From the human T2T-CHM13v2.0 reference genome, Homo sapiens, in assembly GCF_009914755.1 (NCBI RefSeq), contig NC_060927.1: a stretch of DNA of 64,000 bases. One strand, 5' to 3'. Positions 29,230-43,450 of the stretch are shown here, piece after piece. The notes under the pieces are model-generated. The model was not told where the DNA came from and did not search any database. It saw only the letters and a list, made by a program, of their open reading frames with translations. How positions within the stretch are numbered: the stretch's first letter is position 1; each line of letters starts with the position of its first letter. The translations under genes and the position numbers were made by a program.

Positions 29230-29649
29230 CCAACTCAAATGTCCATCAGTGATAGACTGGATTAAGAAAATGAGGCACATATACACCATGGAACACTATG
29301 AAGCCATAAAAAAGGATGAGTTCATGTCCTTTGTAGGGACATGGATGAAACTAGAAACCATCATTCTCAGCAAACTATCGCAGGAACAAAAAACCAAACA
29401 CCACATGTTCTCACTTATAGGTGGGAATTGAACAATGAGAACACTTGGAAACAGAAGGGGAACATCAGACACTGGGGCCTGTCATGGGGTGGGGGCAGGG
29501 GGGAAGGATAGCATTAGGAGATATACCTAATGTAAATGATGAGTTAATGGGTGCAGCACACCAACATGGCCCATGTATACACATGTAACAAACCTGCACA
29601 TTATGCACATGTACCCTAGAACTTAAAGTATAATAAAAAAAAAAAGAAA
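29230..29649 (+). mobile_element. Short 5'-truncated L1PA 3' end (L1-D) with 14-bp TSD, apparently inside a MIR
   Basis: ORF2 C-terminus ...HMFSLIGGN, 3'UTR and A tail; GAAAACTAGTTTGT at 29212-29225 and 29650-29663. Confidence 0.95.
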
Positions 29650-32600
29650 GAAAACTAGTTTGTGGGTTTGAATCAAAGTCTGTCTGATTCCATTGTACCA
29701 AACATCTGGAAATTGTGCTGAAGAGCAGCCATAATTCAACATCTAGTGTTCCCAGGTCCTATTTTAGACAAGACCCAATATTTGCCTGCTGAAAAGTCAA
29801 ATAATTTTAGAACTACTTCTAGATATACATACTTGGTTTAAACTATACAGATCTAAACTGATAAATATCCCAGTCAGGGCCTTATACACATAATACCTTG
29901 ATTCCAATTTCCTGGACCACCAGCGACCTGGCTGAGTCTATTCTGCTTCTCTGACTCCTGCCTCTATTGGAATAAATGGAACATCATAAAAACTCAGTGA
30001 TGGGACCTCACTCTTCTCAACCATCCTCATAAGATAATAGCATAAAGTTACAGAGGTGGGATCAGAGCTAAGGGATCAGAAAGTCTGCACAAAGATGACA
30101 GCAGAGCCTTGCCATCTGAAGTCCTATCCCTGATTTCTACTCCCAGATGACCCTTTCTGTGGGGTTGTCCTGGTTCTCCTCTCCCTTTGGACTTACCAGT
30201 CATCATTAACTCCTAAGTCAACATTTAGACACCAGCTTGTAAGGTACCAAAACTGCTTTCCCAGGTGGTGTTATAAATAGCTGTGGGAGAAACAACCAGC
30301 TTTTTTTCTTTTTCACTACATGGTTGAAAAAAAAGCATAGCTCTGAGATTTGGGGGAAGGGATGTCTGTGTATATGTGCATATATGTATACGATTGTATG
30401 CATATCTATGTGTATGCATGCCTGTGGATATGTATCTTGGTCCCTTGAATTTCTGCTCTGTTTTGAACAGATCTCAGGATTCACTTAGCAGATGGTCTGC
30501 CAAGAGCCTGATAGAGCCTAACTTCCCACATTAAATGTTTATGGAGCTGCTGATCAGGGGTGGGGGCAGGGGTAAGATGGACAACTCACAAACCCCAGAA
30601 AATAATCAAGCCCTTTTTACTTGAAATATCAAATATTTTTTTGTAGTGCTTTATAGTTTACAAAATGTTTTCACATTCACCAACACATTTTCTCAATAAC
30701 CTTTTGATGTATGCATTTATTTCAATTTTATACATAAGACAAATGAGGCTCAGGGTGGAGAAAAGATGGCTCAAGCTCATATAGTTCCTATGTATAAAAG
30801 AGAGGGCCTCTCACCTAACAAACTGTCTCACTTAAAGTTTTACCATCCCACCACATTGCTTACTACTGTCTTTCCAAGGGGCACAATGAGACTAATGAAA
30901 GGGACGTACAGTTATCCTCAGTAGGACTCTTCCCCTTCCAAAGCTTTCAATACATACTTCTAAAAAATAGGAATAAGATGGCATTCTTCACATGCAGCAA
31001 CATTTTTTCCTTTGCTCTCAAACCAATTTTTTAATACAAAGGACACCTATAATAGAATAAATTTATAGAAGCAGAACAGTACAAAATATAACAGGCCCAT
31101 TTGCCAAAGGTTTTAGGAATGCATTTCTCCCCAGTCAGGATACAGCAGGAAGTTAAATGTTTGTGGATGAAAAACTCTTAAGACAACACTTCTACCAATG
31201 CATGAAACTTTACACTGATGCTTACATGCATGTGAGTGGTGAGGATTAGATAACAAACTGTGGATGTGTAGTGTGTTTTATTAGTCTCAATGAATGCTAA
31301 TGAAGCCTAATGAAGTAATAAACTGAGACAGAGCATCTGGTGAGAAAGACCTGGTGGATATGGTCCTCGGAGGGTAGTGGAGAAGGAGTCAAGTGTAGAG
31401 AAAGGGCTGAGAAAAGAATTGGACTTCACTCCTTCCGTCAGTTCTTTCTCTGTATCATTAGATGTAGGGAGGCAGGTGTTCCCACTGTGTCATTAAGCCA
31501 TGTCCAGGATACAGCTGTATTAGTGCCCATGAAAACATGTGCTCTCTCCAAGGAATAATGAGCAAGTAATTGCCGTTTTGAGGACTTCAACACATTTTTA
31601 AGGAAGGTATATGAGATAACACAGAGGATCACGTGGTAAAATCAGACTAACATGAATCAGAGGTCTTACTCAGTATCAGTCAAGCTTAACTAATGATATC
31701 AAAGATGTACATAATCATGAAGCACAGGCAAAGCAAGGAAAGGCCTGGTACCTTCAATGCTGCCCTCAAAGTCTTTTCTTGCCACATCAGGCTAACACTC
31801 AAGGCTCAGATTTACCTATGAGTCTCTAAGCAATGTGCACAATTTACATCACTTATAGAACAAGTCATCTATGCTTAGATAGTGACAAGCTTACCTACCA
31901 CTTTCCAGGGAGCCAAGATCCATAAATCTGTGGATCCAGGTTTATGATGAGAATTCTAGAATCCTGCTAAAAGCTTTCTATTGACAAGGACTGAGCTTAT
32001 TTTCCAAGAAGTCCACACTTAGCATATTAACCAGGATATTTGACTGGGTCTCTTGTCTTCTTTCTTTTCTGGAGCATTGCACCAATAAAGAGAAAGATTG
32101 GGTGCAAGCCTCCTCCTGCTAATTCTTCCCTTCCTGGCATATGACTGCATGTAAGATGTCTGTGAATGGCACTTTTAGTTGACTTTGACTTAGTTCTGGT
32201 GATTTGGAACCCTAAAGCATTTCCCAGTTTCTCTCCAGATTTTAGCCAGTGTTAGAGTTGGAGGTGGAAGATTAGCTTGGAGAACGGATGATTCATTATT
32301 TCGATGGTTCTTTTCACTCAGTAACCATTTTTATTTGTGTAATACTTTCTCTCTACAAAGAGTTTCCAATAGAATTATACAAACTAATGCAAAACAATCC
32401 CAGAATCAGGTAAGGTAGATATGATATGAATGGGGAAACAGGATCAGTTTCAGCTAACAAGCAGTGAAACTAGAATTCAAGCCCAGGTCTGTTTGGTCCC
32501 CAAGGTCCATGATCTGTTCACTGCATGATATTACATGTGCTTTAAAGAGTAGACAGGTTTTGACCAGGGTAGAGTGAAAAGTATGTTTCCATGTTTCTTA

Positions 32601-33276
32601 AACTGAATTTCTTAAACTCAGAGTTGTTTTCCCCAAGCTCTGCTTGCACAAAACTTTTCTAACTTGTTATGAACATAGTAAATGCTAAGTGTGCTATGAC
32701 GGAAGACTGCTCTGGCATCATAAATCACTTTTTTAAGAACACCCACGTGGACAAAAGATGGATGGGCTCTCCCCACAGCCCTCATCTGCTTCCTTCCTGA
32801 CAGGTATGATGTTAGTAAGGGGAGTTTGATGCACTTTCCTTCTCAGGCCTCTCATTTCTTCCTCCTCAATAGGAGGTTGATGATTGGCTTCTGAAAAATA
32901 GATGAGAAAAGGGAAAGTAAAAGGGATGAATGAAAAATTGTCATAATTTAGTCTATACATTCAAAATATAGGATGCTGTGCTGATACCAAACAGGGACAA
33001 AACCATAAATTGCATTATCTGTGCTGTCTTCCTGGTCTAGTGTCAGGCCTGCCTTGTCCCAATCCAAGTACAACTGCTTCACCCCACAGCAGGGCCCTTT
33101 TGGTTCCCCAGTTGCCAGCTTGTCCTAGGGCCAAACCAGTTCTGAACTGGGAGATTATCTAGAGCTCTCACCCATTATCTATGAGAGCTCTTACCCATCA
33201 TTCCATTACCCAACTTTGTTACCTGGGTTTTAAAGCAGCTCTGGCCATGAACTCTGTTATAGAACTCATCTTTTCC

Positions 33277-34078
33277 TTTTTTAATATATATGTAATTTCA
33301 ACTTTTATTTTAGATTCAGGAAGTACATGTGCAGGTTCGTTACATGGGTATACTGTGGGATGCTGAGGTTTGAGGTACGATTGTTCACATCACCCAGGTA
33401 GTGAACATACTACCCAACAGTTTTTCAACCCTTGCCCCCCTCTTTCCCTTCCTGCTTTAGTGGTCCCCAGTATCTATTGTTGCCATCTTTATGTCTATGA
33501 GTACCCAGTGTTTACCTCCCACTTGTAAGTCAGAACCTGAAGTATTTGGTTTTCCATTTCTGCACTAATTTGCTTAGAATGATGGCCTCCAGTTATATCC
33601 ATGTTGCTGCAAAGAACATGATCTCATTCTTTTTTATGGCTGTGTAGTACTTCATGATGTATATGTACCATATTTTCTTTATTCAATCCACCATAAATGG
33701 GCACCTAGGTTGATTCCCTGATGTTTTTATTATGATAGTACTGCAATGAACATATAAATGCATGTGTCTTTTTGGTAGAACAATCTATTTTCCTTTGGGT
33801 ATACACCCAGTAATAGGACTTCTGGGTTGAATGGCAGTTCTATTTTTAGTTTTTTGAGAAATCTCCAGTGGCTTTCCACAAGGGCTAAGCAAATTTGCAT
33901 TCCCACCAATAGTGTATGAGCATCCCCTTTTCTCTATAACCTCATCAATTATTTTTTGACCTTTAATAATAGCCATTCTGACTGTTGTGAGGTGGTGTCT
34001 CATTTGATTTGCATCTCTCTGATGCAAATGTTGAGCACGTTTTCATATGTTTGTTGGCCGCTTACACATCTTATTTTC
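33277..34078 (-). mobile_element. 5'-truncated old primate L1 (L1PA15/L1PB-like) with 15-bp TSD
   Basis: L1 3'UTR and ORF2 tail; AGAACTCATCTTTTC at 33261-33275 and 34079-34093. Confidence 0.9.
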
Positions 34079-36833
34079 AGAACTCATCTTTTCTAAATGA
34101 AGTGGCAACCTCATGCCCTGATCTGTGTAACTGGCCTTCTCCTCCTTAGCCTGCCTAGGATTCCAATCTCTGTAAATTTTTCAACTACCTTATTATTTCC
34201 ATGTAGAAAGGAACTAGAGCTGTGGTCCTATATTCACAATGTCTAGACACATAAAATCTTATGAAAGACTTCCCTAAAATTACAATCACCTTGGTAAGAT
34301 CACAACAGTCATCTGTTTTCACACTGTGTTATGCCTACCTGTTAGGATATCTCCATTATTTCTGGGTGAAACCCACCACTCAGACCACCCAGTATTATTA
34401 TATTTGTGTTTGTTGCCATATTATTTGGACACAACATTATATATTCAAGCTGCACCTTTTCTAGCTTCCAGAATTAGTTCTGTTCCCCAAACTTCTAGAG
34501 TATCTCAGTAAACAGATAATCACAGCTGTGGTCCCATTTCAGTCAAACTTACTTCACTGTCCTCAGCCTGACAGTGTAAAATCACCCAGCATAGAAAAGC
34601 ATCCTTTGCCATTAAAGAAGTCTTTGCCAATCTTCAGGGAGCTGAGAAATCTTACTTCATGAATTTCATATTCTCTTCTCCTCTTAAAAGATTTATTTGA
34701 ATTAATTTTCAAATTAAATTATATGTAACTGCCTCTGAAAAAAATCTCATGACACCCCTGAATATAACTGAAGTCATCTGTAGGTATCACCAAACTGAAG
34801 TTGGGACTGTCTTCATGAGGTCAATTTTAAGTCAGGGTCAAAATGCTGTGTAGATAAGAAAGTCTGAGTAACCTTTCCCTTCCCAGATCCCAATCAGCAG
34901 ATCCAAGTCATATCATATCCCCAAGTACATTCTGACTTCTTTATAAACCAGAAGGAGAAGAGAAAAATCAGCATGTCATCAAGTCAAGAGTTTTGAGGGG
35001 GTGAGAGCGAAGAACAGGAATCATTGATAATGTCTCTTGGCAGCAATTCAAAGTCACATCAGAGAACACAGAAAGTAATGATGGCTTTCTGGACACCTGA
35101 TTCACTCTCTTCAAACTTCTCAGGCTAATAATTCAGAAAGGGGTAATAAACGTTCAAATTTAGCAAGAAGCTCTTCTTAATCTTCAATAGATAATTCAGT
35201 AACTATTTCAATAATAGAAAATTTGTTAAATAATATACAATATTGGAGAGTGTACAGTTTGCCAGTTACTTGCATACATCACTGATGGGGTGCATTTTGG
35301 TACTTTCGGCCTGAAAAACAAAAACTTTTGTAGTAGGAACCAAAAGCTTTAAAAAGTTAAAAGCCCTAAACCCAGTATTTTAACTAAAAAGTCTATCTAA
35401 AAGAACAATCAGAGGTGCAAAGATTATTCATGAGACAATACTTATAATAAAGAAAAAATTGAAATCAATAAAAATGGTTAAATAAAGGCACACCCAAATA
35501 ATGGAATGTATTTAGCCACTAAAATTATATTCTAAACTTATTTAATGATGTGGAAAAGTTTTCAAGATATAATGTTAGTGGGAAAAGCCTGACAGAAATG
35601 CTGTATATATGTGTTTATAAAGTCTCATTTTGTATACAAGATTATATCTGTAAAGTTAGATTACAAACCATGTGAAATTCTGTTTTAGACTTTTCTGTAG
35701 TTTCTGAATATAGAGAATGACTCAGACACTGGCCAAGCCAAGGGATATACTCCCTGCTCTGTGACTGTCTTATCTTTTCAGCAGAGAACTCTTTCCACAT
35801 GAACTGTCCTCTAAAGTGCTTATGCTACCTCCACAAGAGCTCAGATTGCACCGTGCAACTAGCTGTTAAGAAATGAAGGCAAATCTAATTATCCTGGTAA
35901 TTTCTCAGCCACTAGCACAGTGTGAAAATGGGGCCTTCCTGTTCATACCCTTGGCCTCACATCTGGCCACAGTATACAATGCTTAGTTTTGAAAAAAGAA
36001 AGGCTGAAGAATTTCATGGATGCAAAAGAGATTTGTTGTTAATCTGGGTTCCAGGCACATGGTAGGTATTTAATAAATGTGTGATAAACAAAAGAATTAA
36101 TGACTGAACCAAGCAATCAATCAGTTTATCAGAATGATGGCATTCCTGCCATTCACCTAAGTTATTTGGGGCATCAAGATAAACCTCTTATTTGCCAGTC
36201 TTATCTTCTGTATCCTGTTGAGGTCTCCAGTGACCGGGGGGAATTCACTAGCTATCAAGAACCCCAGGATTCTTACTTCATTTAAATTCTGTCCTCTCAC
36301 TTCTATCTCAGTGCATTCAAGAAAGGGACTCAATGTACAGGCTGCCCTATTCAGTAGCTACTTGCCCCACCACTACTTGCAGATGTTAAAAATATACCTC
36401 AAGAGGATATGTGAGTTCTCCCTTCCTCTTGTAAGGAACTATGAATGGTCCAGATGCTGCCAAGGGGACTTCAGGCAGCATGATGAACCACAGGGGTGTT
36501 AGGAAAATTCTGAAGACAAAATTTTAACACTAGAGAGTCCAGCTACAAAGTTCTTGCTCTGAAGACCAGGAGTGAGGTCAAGTTCATTGTTACAGAACCG
36601 AGATATCAGAGTATGAAGATCCAGAACTAAAGAAAATTAAGAACAAGCAAATGGTAAGGGGTAAGGGTGGGGAGAAATTCCACAGTGATGGCTACAACCA
36701 CTGGGAATTGTTTTGTTGTTAAAATATTTTGTTGAACTGGCCTGGCATTAAGGGAAAGGAGCAGAGTAGACAATTAACATGTAGGGGCTTGGAGAGGGTT
36801 GATCAGGTATTAATAACCCTCTGCTTTGGGCCC

Positions 36834-37394
36834 TGTAATGGTTAATATTGAGTGTCAACTTAATTGGATTGAAGGATGCCAAGTATTGTTCCTGGGTGTG
36901 TCTGTGAGAGTTTGCCCAAGGAGATTAACATTTGAGTCAGTGGAGTGGGAGAGGCAGACCCACCCTCAATCTGGGTGGGCACCATCTAATCAGCTGCCAA
37001 CATGGCTAGAATAAAGCAGGCAGAAAGAGTTGGAAAGAGCAGACTTGCTAAGTCTTCCCGCCTTCATCTTTCTCCCATGCTGGATGCTTTCTGCCCTCCA
37101 ACATCAGACTCCAAGTTCTTCAGCTTTTGGACTCTGGGACTTAAACACCAGTGGTTTGCCAGGGGTCCTCAGGCCTTTGACCACAGACGGAAGGCTGCAG
37201 TGTCAGCTTCCCTACTTTTGAGATTTTGGGACTTGGACTGACCCACAACTGGCTTCCTTCCTCCTTAACTTGCAGATGGCCTACTGTGGGACTTTACCTT
37301 GTGACCATGTGAGTCAATTCTCCTTAATAAACTCCCTTTCATATATACATCTATCCTATTAGTTCTGTCCGTCTAGAGAACCCTGACTAATACA
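36834..37394 (+). mobile_element. MLT2A-type (HERV-L) solo LTR
   Basis: TGTAATGGTTAATATTGAGTGTCAACTT..TTGGATTGAAGGATGC...GAGAACCCTGACTAATACA; flanks GGCCC / GGCCT. Confidence 0.92.
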
Positions 37395-37428
37395 GGCCTG
37401 AATACAGTGTGTAGCTTCACAGAATTAG

Positions 37429-37813
<385 letters not shown>

Positions 37814-37981
37814 GACAAATCTTAAGTTTATCCTTTATATCCATGTAGTCTATAAGCACAGTGTCTTGCTGTCAGTCAACAATCAGGAGAGGCTTGCTGG
37901 GGATTGTGTATTTGTTTGTTTGTAATATTATAATGTTAACTACAACCCCAGAGTACAACAACCCAACAATCTAAATGTTTC

Positions 37982-38287
37982 TTTTTTTTTTTTGACACAG
38001 AGTCTCACTCTGTTGCCTAAGCTGGAGTGCAGTGGTGCAATTTTGTGGTGAAGAGTTGCCCACTACAACCTCTGCCTCCCAGGTTCAAACCATGGTCCTG
38101 CCTCAGCCTCCCAAGTAATTGGGATTACAGGCATAGGCCACCATGCCCTGTTAATTTTTGTATTTTTAGTAGAGATGGGGTTCCACCATGTTGGCCAGGC
38201 TGGTCTCCAACTCCTGAGCTCAAGTGATCCGCCTGCCTCAGCCTCCCAAAGTGCTGGGATTACAGATGTAAGCCACCGTGCCTGGCC
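37982..38287 (-). mobile_element. AluS, followed by a partial Alu at 38288-38386
   Basis: Standard reverse-strand Alu with a short foreign patch at ~38042-38059. Confidence 0.92.
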
Positions 38288-38519
38288 TTTTTATTTTTAT
38301 TTTTTTTAGAAACTGGATCTTGCGTTGTCACCTAGGCTATATGCAGTGGCATCATCATAGTTCACTGTAGCCTGTCTCAGCCTCCCAATATCTCATCTTT
38401 GAATCAGCACATGTCTGGTAGGGATACACTTAACTCAGAAATGCAGAATTAATAGGACCTCAGTCAGCCATGGAGACACAATACTCTCTCTCCCCAAGCG
38501 TCTCATGAGCCACATAGCC

Positions 38520-38826
38520 TCTCTCTGTCTCTTTCTCTCTTTCTCTCCCCTCTCCCAACCCCCAACTACCTCTATATCTCCCTTCTCTCTCCCTCCCTTC
38601 CTCCCAAGTTTCTCTCTAGGATTTACTGTCTTCCTCTTGCTTGACTAACCAATTTTCCTGCATCAAGAGTGTCCACATCCTTGTAACTCTGAAGTGCCAT
38701 CACGTCCTCTTCAGGAACTCTCCAATTCTGCTCCTTTTGCTAAGTTGGTTTTCTCTCTTTCTCTCTCTCTTTCTCTCCCTGCCTCTCTCTCCCTCTCCCT
38801 TCCTCTCTCTCTCTCCCTCTCTCTTC
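38520..38826. repeat. CT-rich low-complexity tracts
   Basis: (CT)n-like runs at 38520-38620 and 38750-38826. Confidence 0.85.
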
Positions 38827-39808
38827 TGACATCCACAGCAAGGATCTGTTGTGTCCAGCTCATCTTTGGGGCCTAGGGGCCTAGGCCATGGCATAACTCT
38901 CTGGCAAGTCTATGGATTAACTGAAAACGGAGCAAACTAATACCTACCTTGTAGGATGATTGTAAGGATGAAACAAGGTGAAAATGTGTAAATGTAACCT
39001 ACCATATGTTGGGCATATAGATACTTGAAAAGTTGCTTTCTCTTCCTTTTTTCTCTTTTTATAGTCGGCCAAACTAAATTTTAAGTCTTCAGATCTTCCT
39101 CAGGAAATGATTTCTAGTCCCTAGCTATTTAGTGATGTTTATAATTGCTGATCTCATCCACATTCCTTTCTAGGTGAAATTGCCCATCTAAAATCCCATG
39201 AAATCCCCCTCCCCATTTTCATAGCTGTTCAGACCATGACAAGTACCTGTTCCTTTTACGGATGAGGAAATTTAGGCACAGTGAGGTTAAGGGAATTTTC
39301 CCACACAATCAGTAAGTGGCAGAGTTCAGATCCAACTAAGCCAAAATCTTTGCTATTTTAATTGTACCATGAATAACTGTCTTGAACAATGATCAAATAT
39401 AATATTACAGAGAAAGAGAAGTTTTATTTATCCTGGCACAAAAGAAACAAACTAAAATAATCAAAATCTCTCGTTAATAGATGTTTAAAATTTGTACCCA
39501 GGGATTGCTTCTAACAGGATGCTGCAGATCAAGGGAAATCCTCCAGGAGAGAGTTGTTGCCTGAGGCCCATGAAGAAAAAGCACAAAATCTTGTGATAAC
39601 AGAAATAGGTCCAAACTGATGGTTTGAGTTGTTAAGTCGTATCTAGTTTACCTTCTGGAATTCCAACATTTAACAAGCGTGTTTTGGGGGGCAGAGTGGT
39701 TTAGAGAAGGGATGAAACAACTTACAAGAAAATTGTTTGACTTAAAAGGTTCAAATGTACTATTCTACTTATATTTTGAAGGCAAATAAAGCTTGATTGA
39801 GCAACTAA

Positions 39809-39821
39809 GTTAATCATTGAC
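39809..39821. promoter_or_regulatory. Candidate HNF1-type site
   Basis: GTTAATCATTGAC matches GTTAATNATTAAC at 12 of 13 positions, in apparently non-repeat DNA; motif match only. Confidence 0.25.
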
Positions 39822-40572
39822 TCGCACTTGTTCCATTAAATTGATATGCCATAGGTAAGTATAAACTTAGTTTCTTCCTTTTTCAAGGTTGTTTCCTAAC
39901 TGGGCAGAACAATGACACATTAGTTTTGGATTATCTGTAATCTAGTCTAATTTTTGTAATTATTATTATTTGAGATTATCTTAATCTAGTAATCTGATCA
40001 TTGTGGCTGGAGAAAGCCAGTCACTCTAGCACAACAGATCTTTAGATATGTCCAGAAAAAGAATGCTCAATGTGCCGGTGGCCCTTGAATTGCACCCATT
40101 GGTCCAAGTTCCTGGAGCTTAAGCAAAGACGATGCAAATAATATCCACTGACCATTTGCCACTGCTGCCTGAGGGACCAGACTGTGATGAAATAGTTGAA
40201 TTTACAAGACAAACGCTTCATGAAGACAAGAAATGACTCATCATTGAGAAGAAAAGGAGGCGGATGTAGCATATGCCTAACATATCTAAGTGACTCTCTG
40301 GAGAAGGGCTCATTGCCAGCAAATAGGACATTACCCTCACCAAGCGATTTAAGAGAAAATCCTAGGCATTCCATTATTTTCACCAGTTAAAGTTTATCCA
40401 ATATTTGACTGAATGAATAAGAAGCTATGCATTGTTATCACATTGAAGCAGTGATGTAAATGACAAGAAAGCTGTAAACAGATATAAGAAAAGAATGAAG
40501 TTTGTGGCTGGGTAGGGGATGAACATTCATTGAGATCTGGGCATTACATACCACATGAAATGCTTTACAATA

Positions 40573-40790
40573 TAAGGTTTTTCAACCTCAGCACTATTGA
40601 CATTTGAGGCCAGATAATTTTTTGCTGTGGGGAGCTGTGCTGTACACTGCAGGATGCATTGCAAGATCCTTGGCCTGAATTCAATAGCTGTCAGTAGCAC
40701 TGTTCCCCAATTGAAACAACCAAAAATATCTCAAGACGTTGCTAAATGTTCCTTGAGTAGGAAAATCTCCATTGGTTGAAACTGTGACTT
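40573..40790. mobile_element. MER20 (hAT-Charlie) DNA transposon
   Basis: TCAACCTCAGCACTATTGACATTTGAGGCCAGATAATTTTTTGCTGTGGGGAGCTG...ACAACCAAAAATATCTC. Confidence 0.85.
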
Positions 40791-42217
40791 TACAATAATA
40801 GTAATAGCTAATATTACTAATTAACCATTAACTATTAAACCATTAACCTTTATTAAAGGTTTACTAGATATCAAGTGTTGATTTAAACCCTTTCTTTTAT
40901 GTTTACCTTTTTTATGATCAACTCTATCACTCATAAAAAATAGTGCAGAAAACAAAATGTATAGCTGAATGATTTATCAAGCAGGGAACATCTATGTAAC
41001 CACCAACCAGGTTAGGGGGATAAAAGGACATTGCCATCTTTAGAAGATGCCATCTTTAGAAGCTTCCATTGTACCCCCCACCAAATCTCAAAAAACTATC
41101 TGCCCCACAAGGTAACCACTGTCCTAAACTTCCTTGTCTTACTTTATAGTTTAACTACTTAAACATGTATCTCTAAAGCTATAGTTTACCTGTCATGCAA
41201 CCATTCTCAGGCATTTACAGGTGGATGTGTTCCATTAAAACAAAAAGTAAACCAAAAAGAAAACGACTTGCAGTTTAGGAAACAGAGGAGACAACACAAG
41301 AATCCTCAAGGTGATGAGGAGGATCATTTCAGAATAGCAGCTGGCACCTAACACAAAAGGACCTGGCACCCACCAGCCCACAATGGAGCAAGTAAGACAG
41401 ACTCAGGATAGATTTCTTCAAGGAAATGTCATCAGTATAAGTGCCTGATGCATCTGAATGTACCAAGAGGTGATTTGGACAGCTGGTGGAACTTTTTGGC
41501 TTCACTTAGAGAAAGGTGCATAGGAAATTAAACAAATAAAGGATAATTTCACTATGAAAAACAAAAAACAGTGCAAAAAAGTTATCCTAGTACACTATGT
41601 GACTCAATCATAAATTATTTACATTGTCATAGTGTAAACACTGAGTATTGCTCTAACTGATATAACTATATTCATGTACAGGATAAGGGAAAGTGTGGTG
41701 ATAAGATGGAGAGGTATATGAAAATTGAGGGAATTAAATCCTCCCAAGTTATGAAGCCAATAGATAATGCCTAACAGAAGCATGTTTTTTAGAGATATGA
41801 TGGTAAATATCTAAAGTATTCACTTAGAAAGATGAAAATGGTTGCCTCTTAGGAGGAAGAAATGGGAGTAAAATGAAGCCTACTGTTTTTCATATCAAAC
41901 TTTGTAACACTACTTGACTCTTAAGTCATGTGCATGCAAATTTTTAACGAAAATGAATACTTTAAAATTCACTTTACAAGAGGTAATTATGATACAGGTA
42001 AATCCATAAGTAGTGCTTGAAGCAAAATAAATAGAAAATAGATAGTGTATGCATAAACCCAGGTTTAACATACTTTTCCTGAATGATCATTTGCAAATAG
42101 GTAGTGCAGTTGTTTGGGGTTCTCCAGAAATAAAAATGAAATGGCAGTAAACTCACCTCATCCCATTCAAGCAAAAATGTTAAGGGATGTGTCTGTAAGA
42201 TACAAGGCACCACAGTG

Positions 42218-42515
42218 CAACTGGCCCTTTGTATCCACAAGGCCAACCAACCACAGATCAGAAATTCTCAATAAATAAAAAAAAACAACAATAAAAATAA
42301 TACACAATTTTAAAAATACAGTATGATAATCATTTACATAGCATTTACCTTGCATCAGGTATTGTAAGTAATCAAGATACTGAAAGCATATGGGAGGATG
42401 TGCATAGGCCATATGCAAATACAGCATCATTTTATACAAGGGACTTGAACATCTGTAGATTTTGGTACCCTGGAGGTCCTGGAACCAATCTCCTATGCAT
42501 ACCGAGGGATGACTT
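42218..42515. mobile_element. MER2-like (Tigger) DNA transposon
   Basis: CAACCAACCACAGATCAGAAA...GGGACTTGAACATCTGTAGATTTTGGTA...GGAACCAATC...ATACCGAGGGATGACT. Confidence 0.85.
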
Positions 42516-43189
42516 TACAGGGAAATTTAAATGCTCAGGAAGAAAGCTCTTCTTCCCAGTGAAATAAGTATTCACTCACCTTCTATATTTTAACATAATT
42601 CTTGCTTTCTAGATCACGCATTATAAGAAGAGTTATCAAGAATATCCTACTATTTCAATTATTTCAGCCTGGAGAATACCTGGCACCTCAAACTTCCAAA
42701 TCCTTTGTCTTCCCAAGGAGGTATCTGAGGTGCTCAGTGACCACTGAAAGTTTCCTAGGGAGGACACAGATGCTGTGGAGTGAGCACAGACATGTGTGTC
42801 ATGTCTATTTTGGTTCAAATCCCAGTTCTATTCTTAATAGGTGTCTCATCTTGGTGAAATTATTTAATCTCTCTTAATCACAGCTTTGACATCTAAAAAT
42901 ACAAGGATAATAATGCCTACATTGCTCGATGTTTCTCAAAATCAAATAGATAGTTTTTATAAAGTTCTTGGCACATAGATGGTTCTCTAGCAAATTTAGC
43001 TAATGTTATAATTATTGTCATCATTATAATTATAATTATTATTATTACTACCGCTGTTGCCAATGGTATTACATCCAACCCACTGCACAGTGCCTTTATA
43101 AAACAGCTCCTGCTTCATTTTTCTCCGCTTCTATGGATTCCAATCTTGCTGAGGCCACTGGGTCTTGGCTGATTTTTGGTTTTGGTTTT

Positions 43190-43450
43190 TGATTTTTTTG
43201 AGACAGGGTCTTACTCTGTCACCCATGCCAGGGTGCAGTGGCACAATCAAGACTCATTGCAGCCTTGACTGCCTGGGCTAAAGCAATCCTCCCACCTCAG
43301 CCTCCTAAGTAGACACATGAGCACACACCACCATCCTCAGCTAAGTTTTTTATTTTTTATTTTTGGTAGAGGCAGGGGTCTCACTATGTTGCCCCTCTCA
43401 CTTTGAGAGACTGAGGCTGGAGGATCGCTTGAGGCTGGTCTCAAACTCCT
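43190..43450 (-). mobile_element. AluJ, 5'-truncated, with an internal inverted Alu piece
   Basis: GAGACAGGGTCTTACTCTGTCACCC...TCACTATGTTGCCC[insert]AGGCTGGTCTCAAACTCCT. Confidence 0.9.

Noticed and set aside
41032-41062. TGCCATCTTTAGAAG tandem duplication, and a similar 29-bp doublet at ~47161-47216
   Set aside because: Ordinary slippage duplications inside decayed repeats or low-complexity DNA.
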